A stretch of DNA of 64,000 bases from Eledone cirrhosa. Lineage: Eukaryota. The notes beneath the pieces were generated by a model. It saw only the letters and a program-made list of their open reading frames with translations. It was not told where the DNA came from and searched no databases. Below are positions 24,993 to 38,749 of the stretch, one piece after another (the stretch's first letter is position 1; every line of letters begins with the position of its first letter). The translations under genes and the position numbers were made by a program. The DNA lies in contig OZ024755.1 of assembly GCA_964016885.1 (NCBI GenBank), positions 35,774,001 to 35,838,000 on the forward strand. Direction: 5' to 3'.

Positions 24993-25797
24993 TCATCATC
25001 ATCACTATTTTACATCCGTTCTTCCACGCTGGCATGGGTTAGACGGGTTGTCCTGTTGTGGGCAGTGTCTGGTCGACTGACCTTGGCTTGCTCATGCGGG
25101 AACTGATTCTGGCTTGATTTCTACAGCTGGATGCCCTTCCTAACACCAACCTCATTTACAGTGAGTGCTGGGTGCTTTTTTTCCGTGGCGCCTACACATC
25201 CACTTTACAGTGTGGGCTGGGTGCTTTTTTGCTGTGGGACCTCCACAAGAACTTTGCAGTGGGAGGGGGTGGGGACATATCTATATGCTTCAGCTTTGGC
25301 TAGTACCTGTTGGAAGTCAGGTCTTCTGTATTACTGCGTGACGCCAGAGGTCAAGGTCGTGTGTCATCTCCTTTGAGAGGTGTAATTGGGTAAGGTCAGC
25401 TTTTATCACCTCATTCCAGGTCTTCTTAGGTCTCCCCACTTCGCAGTTTCCATCGACTTCTAGTGCTCTGTACCTTTTTATGCAGCTGTCATCCTTCATA
25501 CGTATCACATGTCCATACCAACCCAACCTCATCTCCTGCACACAGTATCTGATTCCTCTTATGCTCAGTCTCTCTCTCAATTCGTTTATGCTTTGCCGTT
25601 CACGTATTACACATCCATCGGAGCATGCAGGCTTTGTTTTTTTCTAATCTATGCAAGTCTTCTACAGACATTGCCCAGGTTTCACAACCATGTAACATTG
25701 CTGTTCGTATACATGCATCATACAGTCTGCCTTTCATTTTGAGGGAAAAGCCTTTTGCAGCTAGCAATGGCAATAGCTCCCTGAACTTCTTCCATCC
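24993..25797 (-). mobile_element. RTE LINE family B, 3' fragment with 3' UTR
   Basis: GWKKFRELLPLLAAKGFSLKMKGRLYDAC...; collinear with 61100-61920. Confidence 0.92.
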
Positions 25798-25799
25798 CC

Positions 25800-25968
25800 A
25801 ATGCAGAGGAAAACAACGTGTACGAATTCTGAAGAAACAAATCAAAACAACTTGAGTTACCACCCTTTTTTTAAATGTGGGCATGAATGTAAATTAGCGC
25901 TTGTGGCCTCCCTGATGATGAGTCATATCTGATGTGGCCCAATTCTCGATAAAGGTTGCCCATGCCTG
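25800..25968. mobile_element. Partial hAT MITE (right half)
   Basis: Homologous to 11042-11205; ends aggttgcccatgcctg. Confidence 0.7.
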
Positions 25969-25997
25969 ATCTAGACAAAAGTCCATAGAGCTTATCT

Positions 25998-26383
25998 ATT
26001 GAGAGAAATGAAGCAAGCTTGCTGTGTTGGATGTGCAATGTCAATGTACGTGAACGACGAAGCATAGACTAGTTGAGAGAGAAACTTTGTTGAAGAGGGA
26101 TAAGCTGTAGTGTGTGGGAAAGAAGACTGCGATGGTATGGACATGTGATGCGCATGGAAGATGACCGCTGGGTAAAGAAGTGCCAAGAAATGCCAGTAGA
26201 AGGAAGACACAGTAGAGGAAGACCACGAAAAACATGGGCGGAGGTGGTGAGAGCAGACCTCAGATCGCTGAAGCTCTCAGAGGAGATGACGAAGGACCGG
26301 GATGAATGGAGAGATGCTGTGCTGAATAGGACCCGTCCCCCACTTGCAAGCAGGGAAAAGTGGATGTAAAATGATGAAGATGA
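25998..26383 (+). mobile_element. RTE LINE family A, 3' fragment
   Basis: RRLRWYGHVMRMEDDRWVKKC...GRPRKTW; (gat)n tail. Confidence 0.92.
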
Positions 26384-27409
26384 AGCACAAATACCAGACC
26401 AAATTGATATTTTTTGATACCTTATATAACAGCTCCAAATCCTTTATTTTGTCGAATAGCTGTGACTAAAGTTTCCACACCTACCTCTTTCTAGTGGAAA
26501 TGAAGTCCAGTTCTGCTCTGTGTGTGCGTGTGTGTGTGTGTGTAAATGCCTTTAATTCAATCCCAACTGATAGTTGGAAATTCTGAAGACATAACAATGG
26601 AGAGTTCTTTGAGGAATCTGAAAATTCCTATTGAATTAAGGTAACTACAATAATAGGCATCATTTAGAATAAGTGTGTAATTGAAACACTTCTTATATAA
26701 ACAGGTTTAGGTTTAGAATGGAGAAATGGGAAGGCAAAACTGTGCATGTCCATTTTAAATTGGGAATAGAAACCATTACAATTAAATAAAATGGAAATAT
26801 ATATTTTTTTCCCTCAAGCTGAATACAAGTCATTCATATAGATGATTAGTGAGATAAAGCATCACAAGTCCAGGGTTTACACCAAACTAGAGCAAAGCAA
26901 ATTTTAAATCTTGCCTCAGTTAGAGACTATTAACATTTATTGACAACTGAGTGTGAAGATAACACACTAGTAAGAAAAAAAAAAAAAAATCTGTGAAACC
27001 ATTTTATGCAGAATATCCATATTTCATTGAATTACTCATCTAATGATTGCCTGAAATATGATAAAAATGAATAAAACTAAAAGAATCAATTCATGATTCT
27101 TTAGTTCTAATTTTACAGCGCATCATTTATTTTACTTGTTATCATCCAAATCAATGAAATCATATTTAATATTTGTATTTCTAAGATGAAAAACTATAAC
27201 AATAGTTTGGAATGATCAGACAATTAACCATCTATTTTGCTTCTATTCCTACTATAGTTGTCAGCTTATATATTCTCTGACTGTGTCCTCTGATGCTATC
27301 TTCTTAAATACACAGATGATTGACAATTGAAAACTTATACTCACTTCAAGACAATCAAACACTGACAGATAATATTAAAATAAAAGAGAGATACTCAAAC
27401 TATACAAAT

Positions 27410-27600
27410 AAATGATACAGAAAATTATTGTGTACAGTACTCAGGTGCACTACAACTCATCAAAGGTGCATGTATAGTACATAGAATAATGTACAAATGT
27501 CAGGAAAGTGAACAGTGTATGAGTCATGATATACATGTGTGTGTATGGAGGGGGAATATCACGTGTGGTGTTGGCGAATTTCAGGAAGCATGGAGGTTTA
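27410..27600 (-). mobile_element. CR1-like 3' UTR copy
   Basis: Reverse complement of 3370-3560. Confidence 0.75.
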
Positions 27601-27644
27601 AATGGATGATGTACAAAAGATAGCTTTGGTGGTTTGAGTATGTG

Positions 27645-28537
27645 ACTCCTACATGACAACTTTAGTGTTGACTGGTTACTTTTTGTCGTGACACCTACAT
27701 GACCACTTCACAGTGTGGACTGGGTACTTTTTGTCGTGAAACCTACATGACCACTTCAGTGTGGACTGGGTACTTTTTGTCCTGACTCCTACATGACCAC
27801 TTTACAGTGTGGACTGGGTACTTTTTGTCGTGACACCTACATGACCACTTTACAGTGTGGACTGGGTACTTTTTGTCATGACACCTACATGACCACTTTA
27901 CAGTGTGGACTGGGTACTTTTTGTCATGACTTCTACATGACCACTTTACAGTGTGGACTGGGTACTTTTTGTCATGACTCCTACATGACCACTTTACAGT
28001 GTTGACTGGGTACTTTTTGTCATAACTGCCACATGACCACTTTACAGTGTGGACTGGGTACATTTTGTCCTGACTCCTACACGATCACTTTACAGTGTGG
28101 ACTGGGTACTTTTTGTCATGACTCTTACATGATCACTTTACAGTGTTGACTGGGTACTTTTTGTCGTGACACCTACATGACCACTTCACAGTGTGGGCTG
28201 GGTACTTTTTGTCCTGACTCCTACATGAAAACTTTACAGTGTGGACTGGGTACTTTTTGTCATGACTCCTACATGACCACTTTACAGTGTAGACTGGGTA
28301 CTTTTTGTCATGACTCCTACATGACCACTTTACAGTGTGGACTGGGTACATTTTGTCCTGACTCCTACACGATCACTTTACAGTGTGGACTGGGTACTTT
28401 TTGTCATGACTCTTACATGATCACTTTACAGTGTGGACTGGGTGCTTTTTGTCATGACTCCTACAAGACCGCTTTACAGTGTGGACTGGGTACTTTTTGT
28501 CATGACACCAACATGACCACCTTAAAGTGTGGGCTGG
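27645..28537 (-). repeat. 48-bp minisatellite (about 18 copies) from an RTE-B/SINE 3' UTR module
   Basis: Unit gaccactttacagtgtggactgggtactttttgtcatgactcctacat; related to the module present twice at 61655-61750. Confidence 0.9.
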
Positions 28538-28539
28538 AT

Positions 28540-28850
28540 ATAATAATGAAATTATTGTGTACAGTGCTCTGGTGAACTACAACTCATCAAAGGTGCATGT
28601 ATAGTACATAGAATAATGTACAAATGTCAGGAAAGTGAGCAGTGTATGAGTCATGATATACACACAGATACATGTGTGCGTGTGTATGTATGGAGAGGGA
28701 ATATCAGGTATAGTGTTGGTGAATTTCAGGAAGCATGGACGTTTCGAAGGATGCAGTGTCCCGACAGCTAACAACTGATGCAGGTAGTTTGTTCCATGCT
28801 TCAGCAACTCTGAGCATAAAAAAATGTTTCTGAATGTCATGGGAGCTGTA
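28540..28850 (-). mobile_element. CR1-like 3' end, unexpanded copy
   Basis: Reverse complement of 2410-2525 joined directly to 3380-3560. Confidence 0.8.
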
Positions 28851-30027
28851 CTTTAGCATTCATCTTCATTTTATGTCTACTTTCATTTTGATATTATTTA
28901 TTTTGAGAACAATACCTTAACATCAGTATGAGCAGCCGATTACAGCCAATTTGAACAGAAAGAGGTGAGAGAATTCTGGCTGGATACGGCTGGCTTAAAT
29001 GCTAAAGGGTTATATACTCCTACATATAAATGTATGAGTATACACATTACACATATGATACCGAATAGGTTTTCCACTATGGTCCTATTTGTGATGGCTT
29101 CAACCCTTTAGCACTTAAACCGGCTGTATCCGGCCAGAATTCTCTCACCTCTTTAATTATGTGAGGTAAAGCCTTTGCCCCAAAAATTCAATAGTATATA
29201 TAGCGTAATAGCTGAAGGGTTAATAACGATTTCTGATGAAGGGACAAAGTTAACTTTGGTGGGATTTGACCACACACTCACACATAGACACATACATGTC
29301 AGCGTGTTGAAAAGAATCCTAGTTATTAATAAATGTAGAAAGTACATAATACCAAGCTTGGGTTGCTGTAAAATAAATATTCAAATTTGAATTTTTTAAA
29401 TATTAAACTTAGAGCTAAGTGCAATATGGTGTTGACTTTTGGAGGTAGTATTAAAATAGATCTTAGAGTAAAGAACAATTTTTAAACTGAAGCTATGAAC
29501 CAAATAAAATAAAAGTCGAAATTATGAAGAAGGAAGATGTATAACCTACAAGAAGACATTTTCCTTGGCTACGACTCAATGAAATGTAATCCCCTGAAAA
29601 AATGTACTGGATAACCTGTTTCAATCAGTGAAGTTCCATTTCACCAAGTTAGTGCTTTATATCTTTGGAGAGTTCAGCCTTTGAAACTTCTTAAAAGAAA
29701 TGCAAAACTGGATTTCATGTGAAAACATCAATATTTGAAATATTGATGACGAAAATCTTTGATCCTCATTCTTCATCCAGGTTTTGTTTTGGAAACTTTC
29801 TTCCAACCAATATTGAAAATCATCCAAACCCAAGGCAAAACAAGAGTCAATAATCTATGTGACTTGCACTGATCCCTTTGATTTTTAAACCTGTATAAAT
29901 TGATCAATATTTCAAATGCAATACAGAAACTTGATAGGAAAAAAGCGTGATACTCAGAGTTTTTTTTTTTCTATTCCATTCTCTATATTATATTCAACTG
30001 TTATTAGGTAAATCATATCTGATATTG

Positions 30028-30522
30028 TATATAAGCAATTTAGAAAGTACCCCTATTATTACTATATATAAGCTATTTAGACAGTACCCCTATCATTACT
30101 ATATATAAGCTATTTAGAAAGTACCCCTATCATTACTAGATATAAGCTATTTAGAAAGTACCCCTATCATTACTAGATATAAGCTATTTAGAAAGTACCC
30201 CTATCATTACTATATATAAGCTATTTAGAAAGTACCCCTATCATTACTAGATATAAGCTATTTAGAAAGTACCCCTATCATTACTAGATATAAGCTATTT
30301 AGAAAGTACCCCTATCATTACTAGATATAAGCTATTTAGAAAGTACCCCTATCATTACTAGATATAAGCTATTTAGAAAGTACCCCTATTATTACTAGAT
30401 ATAAGCTATTTAGAAAGTACCCCTATCATTACTAGATATAAGCTATTTAGAAAGTACCCCTATCATTACTAGATATAAGCTATTTAGAAAGTACCCCTAT
30501 CATTACTAGATATAAGCTATTT
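30028..30522. repeat. 37-bp minisatellite, about 13 copies
   Basis: Unit tataagctatttagaaagtacccctatcattactaga. Confidence 0.95.
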
Positions 30523-30534
30523 ATATCATATATG

Positions 30535-30703
30535 AGTGGGCCGGACACCATGCTTTGCAGCATAGAGTTACGGCCCTTTATGTTTTGTGTTCAAATCCTG
30601 CCGATGTTAACTTTGCCTTTCATCTTTATGGGTTGATAAAATAAAGTACCAGTAATACACTGGGATAATTACTGGCCTTGTGCCAAAAGTAGAAACAATT
30701 ATT
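30535..30703 (+). mobile_element. SINE family 1 (5'-clipped)
   Basis: Core and tail as at 19265-19450. Confidence 0.8.
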
Positions 30704-30789
30704 ATATATGAGATATTTAGAAATTATTCCTCAACATTAGAAGCACAATTAAGGGGCTAAAGGACGGTGTTTAGTCTTGTCAATGCAGT

Positions 30790-31037
30790 AATCATCATCA
30801 TCATCATCACCATTGTTGTTGCCGCTGCCACCACACACCAACCTTACCACCACCACCACCATTACCGCCGCCACCACCACCAGCCTTACCACCACCACCA
30901 ACTTTACCATCACCACCAGCCTTACCACCACCATCTCCAGCCTTACCCTCACCACCACCACCTCCACCACCAACCTTACCACCACCAGCCTTACTACCAC
31001 CTCCACCACCAGCCTCCACCACCACCAGCCTTACCAC
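30790..31037. repeat. (CAT)n/(CCA)n-rich degenerate repeat
   Basis: Direct reading. Confidence 0.9.
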
Positions 31038-32383
31038 CACCTCCACCACCACCACCATTTAATGTACTGGGCCGACTTATTTAAGAGAGACTTAATAAAG
31101 ATAAAGCGCAACTCTGAATTTTTATGAAGGAAATTCATAACCGACTCTGGTTCTGTTTCTGAACATCATTAATAGTGAAATAATTTTCTATCTCCATTAC
31201 ATTAGAAAGCTATCAGCATCACCTCACAAGCCAGCCGTTCCCCCTCACACACACAGTCCTTGGCACCAGCCATCTCCTGCCTCTGATGGACAGTTCAACT
31301 GATTCAGCTACAACTTAATACCATTGGAAGAATGGAATGTCCATCTTAAAATGAAGGTGTTAATAATTTATGAAGCTGACACCTAAAGAGCTAAAGTTCA
31401 GAGAATTCATTAAAAGCTCTAATGACTAAGAAACTCTACAGATAATTGCGTTTAGCCTAGCCAAGGTCAAACAAAAGAAGACAGCCTACGTTTTTGTAAA
31501 CAGCTTTTGCCACTGAGACCAAGTCAGCATAAGAACAGTGGTATTGTCTGAAAGAGACAGCAGGATTAATTTTGACACCTAGATGACCACTGGACAGCAA
31601 TTCAAATGGGGTTTATTACTACAGAACAAAACTGACCATACTGCTTGATAAATAAGATAGCATAATTAATTCTTATCAGTTTGACATAAAAACAAAGCAA
31701 AACAAAACAAAGAGAAGGTTTGGAAAGAAATAATAAGAATATTTATAAAGCATCAGAAACTAACTGAAACTTGAAATTAACAGACCTTTTGTAGGTCACC
31801 ATATTTTATTGACAAAGGCCAACCAGATCTGAAGAAAATGGACTTCTAAAATGGAAAATATACAAGGAATAACTTGTGAAATCTTTAACTGTTTACTAAA
31901 ATATCAATACAAAATTGCTTTTATTGTAAGGAAAGTGAATTCCGATTAACATTTTTGTTGTTTTCATTGGAATCATCTGGCCATTTAGTTTCTTAAATAG
32001 CGTGTAATATTAAATGGGTATATAATTATTAGTGGCAATAATTGTACGAGTTAGTGCTCTGTCTTTCTCACATCGACCACACACACAGTGGGAATATATG
32101 TCTGTGGGAGGGAAGAGGAGAGAGAGAGAAAGATAGAGAGAGTTTGCAAATATGTATATGTAGCACTCACTCTCTGCAAGAATCACTTTTGATTTGCTCT
32201 ATTTACCAACCTCTACATGGGCGTTGCACTTGCTCGAAATAGCAGCCAAACTGCCCTAAAATCACCAGCCTCTACATGGGCATTGCACTTGCTCGAAATA
32301 GCAGCCCAAATTCCATAAAATCACATCTAACCATCAATCTTTTGGTGGCTGAATTTTTTTATAAGGAGAGAGAGAGAGAGAGG

Positions 32384-32498
<115 letters not shown>

Positions 32499-32984
32499 AA
32501 TAATTCACTCCAGGAGAGAAACATTTCTGAAAACAAAATGTGATTAGAAAAACCACATGCAAAAAAGCACACACATAAGCATACAAGCACACACACTCCC
32601 TATCTCTATCACACACACACACACACGTAGAGACACACTCCTATCTCTATCACACACGTACATATACAAGCGCACACACTCCCTCTCTCTCACACTCACA
32701 CATGAACCCCCCACTCTCTCTCACACTCACACATAAACCCCTCCACTCTCTCTCACACTCACACATGAACCCCCCTCCACTCTCTCACACACTCACACAT
32801 GAACCCCCCACTCTATCTCACACTCACACATGAAAACCCCCCCCCACTCTCTCTCACACTCACGAACACCTTTCCAAGAGAGGTGTAGAAAGGCTACAGT
32901 TTCTATGGACCTATTGTTAGAAATCTAGACTGACTGGTTTCTAAGGATCTCTACCTCCCACACGTTTATAGCTGGCTACCAGTT

Positions 32985-33790
32985 GTGTTATATGGTCTTG
33001 GCTGTGTTAATTGGACGACAAGGTTACTTCAGAAGCTCTCTACATTCCAGAACCACATCATGAGACTTATGACTGGCAAGCGGCTCAGTGATCGTATCTG
33101 TATCAGTGAGCTGGTCTTGACTGTGTTAATTGGATGACAAGGTCACTTCAGAAGTTCTTTACATTCCAGAACCACATCATGAGACTTATGACAGGCAAGC
33201 GGCTCAGCGACCGTATCTGTATCAGTGAGCTGCTCAACATTACCAAACTTAGACCAATTACATCAATTGTCCAGTCAAGAGTACTCAAACTATACGGTCA
33301 TATAAACAGATCAACTCATGGTACGAGTAGGTTATACCTGGAAGGAAGGTTGGCTGGTAAGAGAAGCAGAGGCTGGCAGCCAAAACGATGGCTTGACAAT
33401 GTCAACTTATGGACTGGACTTGATCTTTGCTCTTTGAACTCTGCTGTTGGTGATCGAAAGGTATTATATATTCCTGGAAGGAAGGTTGGCTGGTAAGAGA
33501 AGCAGAGGCTGGCAGCCAAAACGATGGCTTGACAATGTCAACTTATGGACTGGACTTGATCTTTGCTCTTTGAACTCTGCTGTTGGTGATCGAAAGGTAT
33601 TATATATTCCTGGAAGGAAGGTTGGCTGGTAAGAGAAGCAGAGGCCGGCAGCCAAAACAATGGCTTGACAATGTCTACCTATGGACTGGACTTGATCTTT
33701 ACTCTTCGAACTCTGCTGTTGGTGATCGAACTTTGTGGAGAAAAATATCTCATGTTGATGCGCAGTCTGCAACTGGCAGAGTTTAGCATC
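32985..33790 (+). mobile_element. Decayed RTE-like LINE 3' end with internal tandem duplications (about 121 bp x2, 136 bp x3)
   Basis: FQNHIMRLMTG...SRVLKLYGHINR...EGRLAGKRSRG.QPKRWLDNV; repeated blocks start at about 33337, 33473 and 33609. Confidence 0.75.
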
Positions 33791-33943
33791 AAAGTTAGTA
33801 AGTATGAAAATCAGTGCTGTGAAAACTGAGACACTCATCCTCTCAAGGAAGCTGGCGCAGTGCACTCTACATATAAATGGAGTTCTACTGAAGCAGGTAC
33901 AAAAGTTCAAGTATCTTGGGGTTGACTGAATATTCTAGTATTT

Positions 33944-35706
33944 AAACATGATAGAACTGTCTTCTATTAAACATGATAGGACTGTCTTCTATTAAACATG
34001 ATAGAACTGTCTTCTGTTAAACATGATAGGACTGTCTTCTGTTAAACATGATAGAACTGTCTTCTATTAGACATGATAGAACTGTCTTCTATTAAACATG
34101 ATAGAACTGTCTTCTATTAAACATGATAGAACTGTCTTCTATTAGACATGATATGACTGTCTTCTATTAAACATGATAGGACTGTCTTCTATTAGACATG
34201 ATAGGACTGTCTTCTATTAAACATGATAGAACTGTCTTCTATTAGACATGGTACGACTGTCTTCTATTAGACATGATATGACTGTCTTCTATTAGACATG
34301 ATAGAACTGTCTTCTATTAAATATGATAGAACTGTCATCTATTAAACATGATATGACTGTCTTCTATTAAACATGATAGAACTGTCTTCTATTAGACATG
34401 ATAGAACTGTCTTCTATTAAACATGATAGAACTGTCTTCTATTAGACATGATAGAACTGTCTTCTATTAGACATGATATGACTGTCTTCTATTAAACATG
34501 ATAGAACTGTCTTCTATTAGACATGATATGACTGTCTTCTATTAGACATGATATGACTGTCTTCTATTAAACAAGATAGGATTGTCTTCTATTAGACATG
34601 ATAGAACTGTCTTCTATTAAACATGATAGAACTGTCTTCTATTAGACATGATATGACTGTCTTCTATTAAACATGATAGAACTGTCTTCTATTAGACATG
34701 ATATGACTGTCTTCTATTAAACATGATAGGACTGTCTTCTATTAGACATGATAGGACTGTCTTCTATTAGACATGATAGAACTGTCTTCTATTAAACAAG
34801 ATAGGACTGTCTTCTATTAGACATGATAGAACTGTCTTCTATTAGACATGATAGAACTGTCTTCTATTAGACATGATAGAACTGTCTTCTATTAGACATG
34901 ATATGACTGTCTTCTATTAAACATGATAGAACTGTCTTCTATTAGACATGATATGACTGTCTTCTATTAAACATGATAGAACTGTCTTCTATTAGACATG
35001 ATATGACTGTCTTCTATTAAACATGATAGGACTGTCTTCTATTAGACATGATAGGACTGTCTTCTATTAAACATGATAGAACTGTCTTCTATTAGACATG
35101 ATATGACTGTCTTCTATTAAACATGATAGAACTGTCTTCTATTAGACATGATAGAACTGTCTTCTATTAAATATGATAGAACTGTCATCTATTAAACATG
35201 ATATGACTGTCTTCTATTAAACATGATAGAACTGTCTTCTATTAGACATGATAGAACTGTCTTCTATTAAACATGATAGAACTGTCTTCTGTTAAACATG
35301 ATAGAACTGTCTTCTGTTAAACATGATAGGACTGTCTTCTATTAGACATGATAGAACTGTCTTCTATTAGACATGATAGAACTGTCTTCTATTAGACATG
35401 ATATGACTGTCTTCTATTAAACAAGATAGGACTGTCTTCTATTAAACATGATAGAACTGTCTTCTATTAAACATGATAAGACTGTCTTCTATTAAACATG
35501 ATAGGACTGTCTTCTATTAGACATGATAGAACTGTCTTCTATCAAACATGATAGGACTGTCTTCTATTAAACACGATAGAACTGCCCTCTGTCAAACATG
35601 ATAGGACTGTCTTCTGTCAAACATGATAGAACTGTCTTCTATCAAACATGATAGAACTGTCTTCTATCAAACATGATAGAACTGTCTTCTATCAAACATG
35701 ATAGAA
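33944..35706. repeat. 25-bp minisatellite, about 70 copies
   Basis: Unit (a/g)acatgatagaactgtcttctatta; internal inverted repeat atagaa/ttctat. Confidence 0.97.
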
Positions 35707-36135
35707 TTGAGTTTTCTATTAATTAAGAACCCAAGATAACTCAAACGAGATACAAACGAGAAAACCAGCAAAAGCTGCACATGTGTGAGCCATAGCAATA
35801 CCAACACCAACAACAGCAACATTTAAAGATTATTGACTGTTGCCTTAGTTATTCATCTATCTACAATTTGGTCTGACAGAAAATCTAGAACTAATCTAAC
35901 AACACAATAACAACATGAAGCAATTCAACAAATGATTGTAATACTCAATCATATCAACATATACTTAAAATGTATATATATACATTAATCATGTGTTCTA
36001 CTCTGCTTTCAAAAGATCATGACAAGTGATTTAAAGTCAGCTATATATTAGAATGAACTGCTGTTGGCTTTGTCATTGAAGCTTCCAGTTATTTAATTAA
36101 TGGAAAATACTGCTTGTGATATTTAGAATATAAGT

Positions 36136-37160
36136 GTGTGGTTAGAATGTCTCAGGAGAGAATCACTGGAGAGTCACTCCAGGTAGAGCTACTACTTCTC
36201 CGAATTGAGAGATCACAGCTCTGATAATATGGACAGATGGTTAGAATGTCTCAGGAAAGAATCACTGGAGTCACTCCAGGTAGAGCCACTACTTCTCTGA
36301 ACTGAGAGATCACAGCTCTGATACTATGGGCATGTGGTTAGAATGTCTCAGGAAAGAATCACTGGAGAGTCACTCCAGATAGAGCTGCTACTTCCCTGAA
36401 CTGAGAGATCACAGCTCTGATACTATAGGCAGGTGGTTAGAATGTCTCAGGAAAGAATCACTGGAGAGTCACTCCAGGTAGAGTTGCTACTTCTCTGAAT
36501 TGAGAGATCACAGCTCTGATAATATGGACAGATGGTTAGAATGTCTCAGGAAAGAATCACTGGAGAGTCACACCAGGTAGAGCCACTACTTCTCTGAATT
36601 GAGAGATCACAGCGCTGATACTATGGGCAGGTGGTTAGAATGTCTCAGGAAAGAATCACTGGAGAGTCACTCCAGGTAGAGCCGCTACTTCTCCGAATTG
36701 AGAGATCACAGCTCTGATACTATGGACATGTGGTTAGAATGTCTCAGGAAAGAATCACTGGAGCGTCACTCCAGGTAGAGCTGCTACTTCTCTGAACTGA
36801 GAGATCACAGCTCTGATAATATGGACAGATGGTTAGAATGTCTCAGGAAAGAATCACTGGAGAGTCACTCCAGGTAGAGCTGCTACTTCTCTGAACTGAG
36901 AGATCACAGCTCTGATAATATGAACAGATGGTTAGAATGTCTCAGGAAAGAATCACTGGACAGATTTTACAGGCAAAACCAGCCAGCAAGAGACTCAGGG
37001 GTAGATCCTGAACAAACTGATTCGATAATATCCATGAGCTTAGCTGATCAGGCTTGGGGATCTAGCTGGGTCAGTTGGAGGTGGTTGCTTCACACAGGAC
37101 ACTCTGGTTGAGTGTTTGAGGATCTTCTCCCATGGCCCGCTCATGAATAAGTGGGTGAAG
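36136..37160 (+). mobile_element. RTE-like LINE 3' end whose first part is a 99-bp minisatellite (about 8 copies, 36136-36960)
   Basis: Unit translates as ESLQVEPLLL(R/*)IERSQL*YYGHVVRMSQERITG, then continues once into QILQAKPASKRLRGR. Confidence 0.8.
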
Positions 37161-37502
37161 TAGAAGTGTTTGAACATTCTTCTGAAACATGTACTCTTAA
37201 CATAATTCTCAGGGAGATTCAGCATAACTCAATGTGATGACAATGGCCTTTTGAATTACAGGCGCAATCCATCCAGTGGGCTTCAAAACAGTTTCTGTCT
37301 ACCCAATTTCACTGACAAGGCTTCGGTTAACCCAAGGTTCATTCTAATATATACTCAGATGACTGAGAAAGGAAGGGGTGATGACATCACACTAGAGATG
37401 ACTGAGAAAGGAAGGGGTGATGACAAACTACAGAAAACAGCGTCTAACACGTATGTCTGTGAGTGCGTATTTTCGTAAGTGTGTCTGTGTTTGTGCGTTT
37501 AC

Positions 37503-37697
37503 AATAATTGTTTCTACGTTTTGGCACAAGGCCAGCAATTACCCTGTGCATTACTGGTACTTTATTTTATCGACCCTGTAAGGATGAAAGGCAAAGTTAA
37601 CCTCGGCGAGATTTGAACTCAGAATGGCAAAGGCTCTAACTCTATGCGTCAAAGCATGGCGTCCGACCCTCTACCGATACTGCCAATCCACAGCCCT
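37503..37697 (-). mobile_element. SINE family 1 with target-site duplication
   Basis: Flanked by ttgtgcgtttacaataat on both sides (about 37491-37508 and 37697-37714). Confidence 0.88.
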
Positions 37698-37917
37698 TGT
37701 GCGTTTACAATAATATACACATATAAGCGTCAGTGTATTGAAAAGATTCCTTAAATTGGAGGGCAACCTCGGTCATCTTTCAGGTTCATGACCAGTGATT
37801 GAAACTTCTAAATCTTTTCATAACCAAGAATAAGGAAAATATTGCTTATCAAGAGGGATATATCTAATAGATATTTTTGTAAGATTCCATAAAATGCCTT
37901 CTATTATTGTGTGTGTA

Positions 37918-38128
37918 GGGCGGTGGATTGGCAGAATCAGTAGAGTGTCGTACACCATGCTTTGCAGCATAGAGTTACGTCCCTTTACGTTCTGAGTTCA
38001 AATCTTGCTGAGGTTAGCTTTGTCTTTCATCCTTACGGCGTCAATGAAATAAAGTACCAGTAATGCACTGGTGTCGATTTAATCGACGTTCTCCTTCAAA
38101 TCGCTAGCCTTGTGCCTAAAGTAGAAAC
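37918..38128 (+). mobile_element. SINE family 1 (longer-tail variant)
   Basis: Head gggcggtggattggcagaatcagtagag; inverted relative to 37503-37697. Confidence 0.85.
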
Positions 38129-38137
38129 CACGACTAA

Positions 38138-38345
38138 CCCTTTACCATTTACATTACTCCATATATACTATTGTATTTTCACGGTAAACACTTTATATCA
38201 CATAATATAGAATCTATGAGATTTTGATGTTATTTATTTTGAGAACAATACCTTAACGTAAGTATGAGGGGCTGGTCATGGCTGGTTTGAACAGAAAGAG
38301 GTGAGAGAATTCTGGCCGAATATGACCGGTTTAAATGCTAAAGGG
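38138..38345 (+). mobile_element. piggyBac-type MITE (about 208 bp), reference copy
   Basis: TIRs CCCTTTA(C/G)CATTTA / TAAATGCTAAAGGG, flanked by ctaa/TTAA; further copies at about 28870-29220, 41805-42260 (split by a SINE), 43311-43727, 45847-46056 and 56688-57100. Confidence 0.8.
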
Positions 38346-38410
38346 TTAAGAAATAGTCATGAAAGCAGTTTAGAGTAAACTAAATTGATGATCAGGCAAG
38401 AGGATGGACC

Positions 38411-38749
38411 TGTAGCGGTTGTCTCCCTTGTTTTGATTAGGATCTAGACGGGAAGTGGAACCCTTTCTGCAACTTCCGGTCAGAGCCCTATAAAACTAAC
38501 AACTTTAAGCTTCCTTTCTCTCTTTGCCTTTTCGGCACCAGGTCAAGAGTCTTTTCATTTGGCTCTGCCATTAATTTGGCCAACAGGCGCCTGGCCTTAG
38601 CCAGGCGCCCTCTGCCAGCCGCGTTTGCCTGGCAATCAAAACGGTAACTACTAACTTTGTTTCATTATACATCTATATTTGACATGTCAAGTATTCTATC
38701 TACCGTTAATTAAATATTATATACACAAACCATGTCTCGTTTTGTTACA
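38411..38749 (+). mobile_element. Candidate solo LTR (Gypsy-like)
   Basis: TGTA...TACA termini, TATA box ctataaaa (about 38488), GC-rich core with hairpin ggcgcctggc/gccaggcgcc, attaaa near the 3' end; no clear TSD. Confidence 0.4.

Noticed and set aside
27743-28575. Cys/His-rich 16-aa repeat proteins (KKYPVHTVKWSCRSHD)
   Set aside because: The 48-bp unit comes from a LINE 3' UTR and the frames are broken
29430-29890. Non-repetitive stretch resembling an exon
   Set aside because: Stops in the frames I read and no recognisable motif; could be UTR but unsupported
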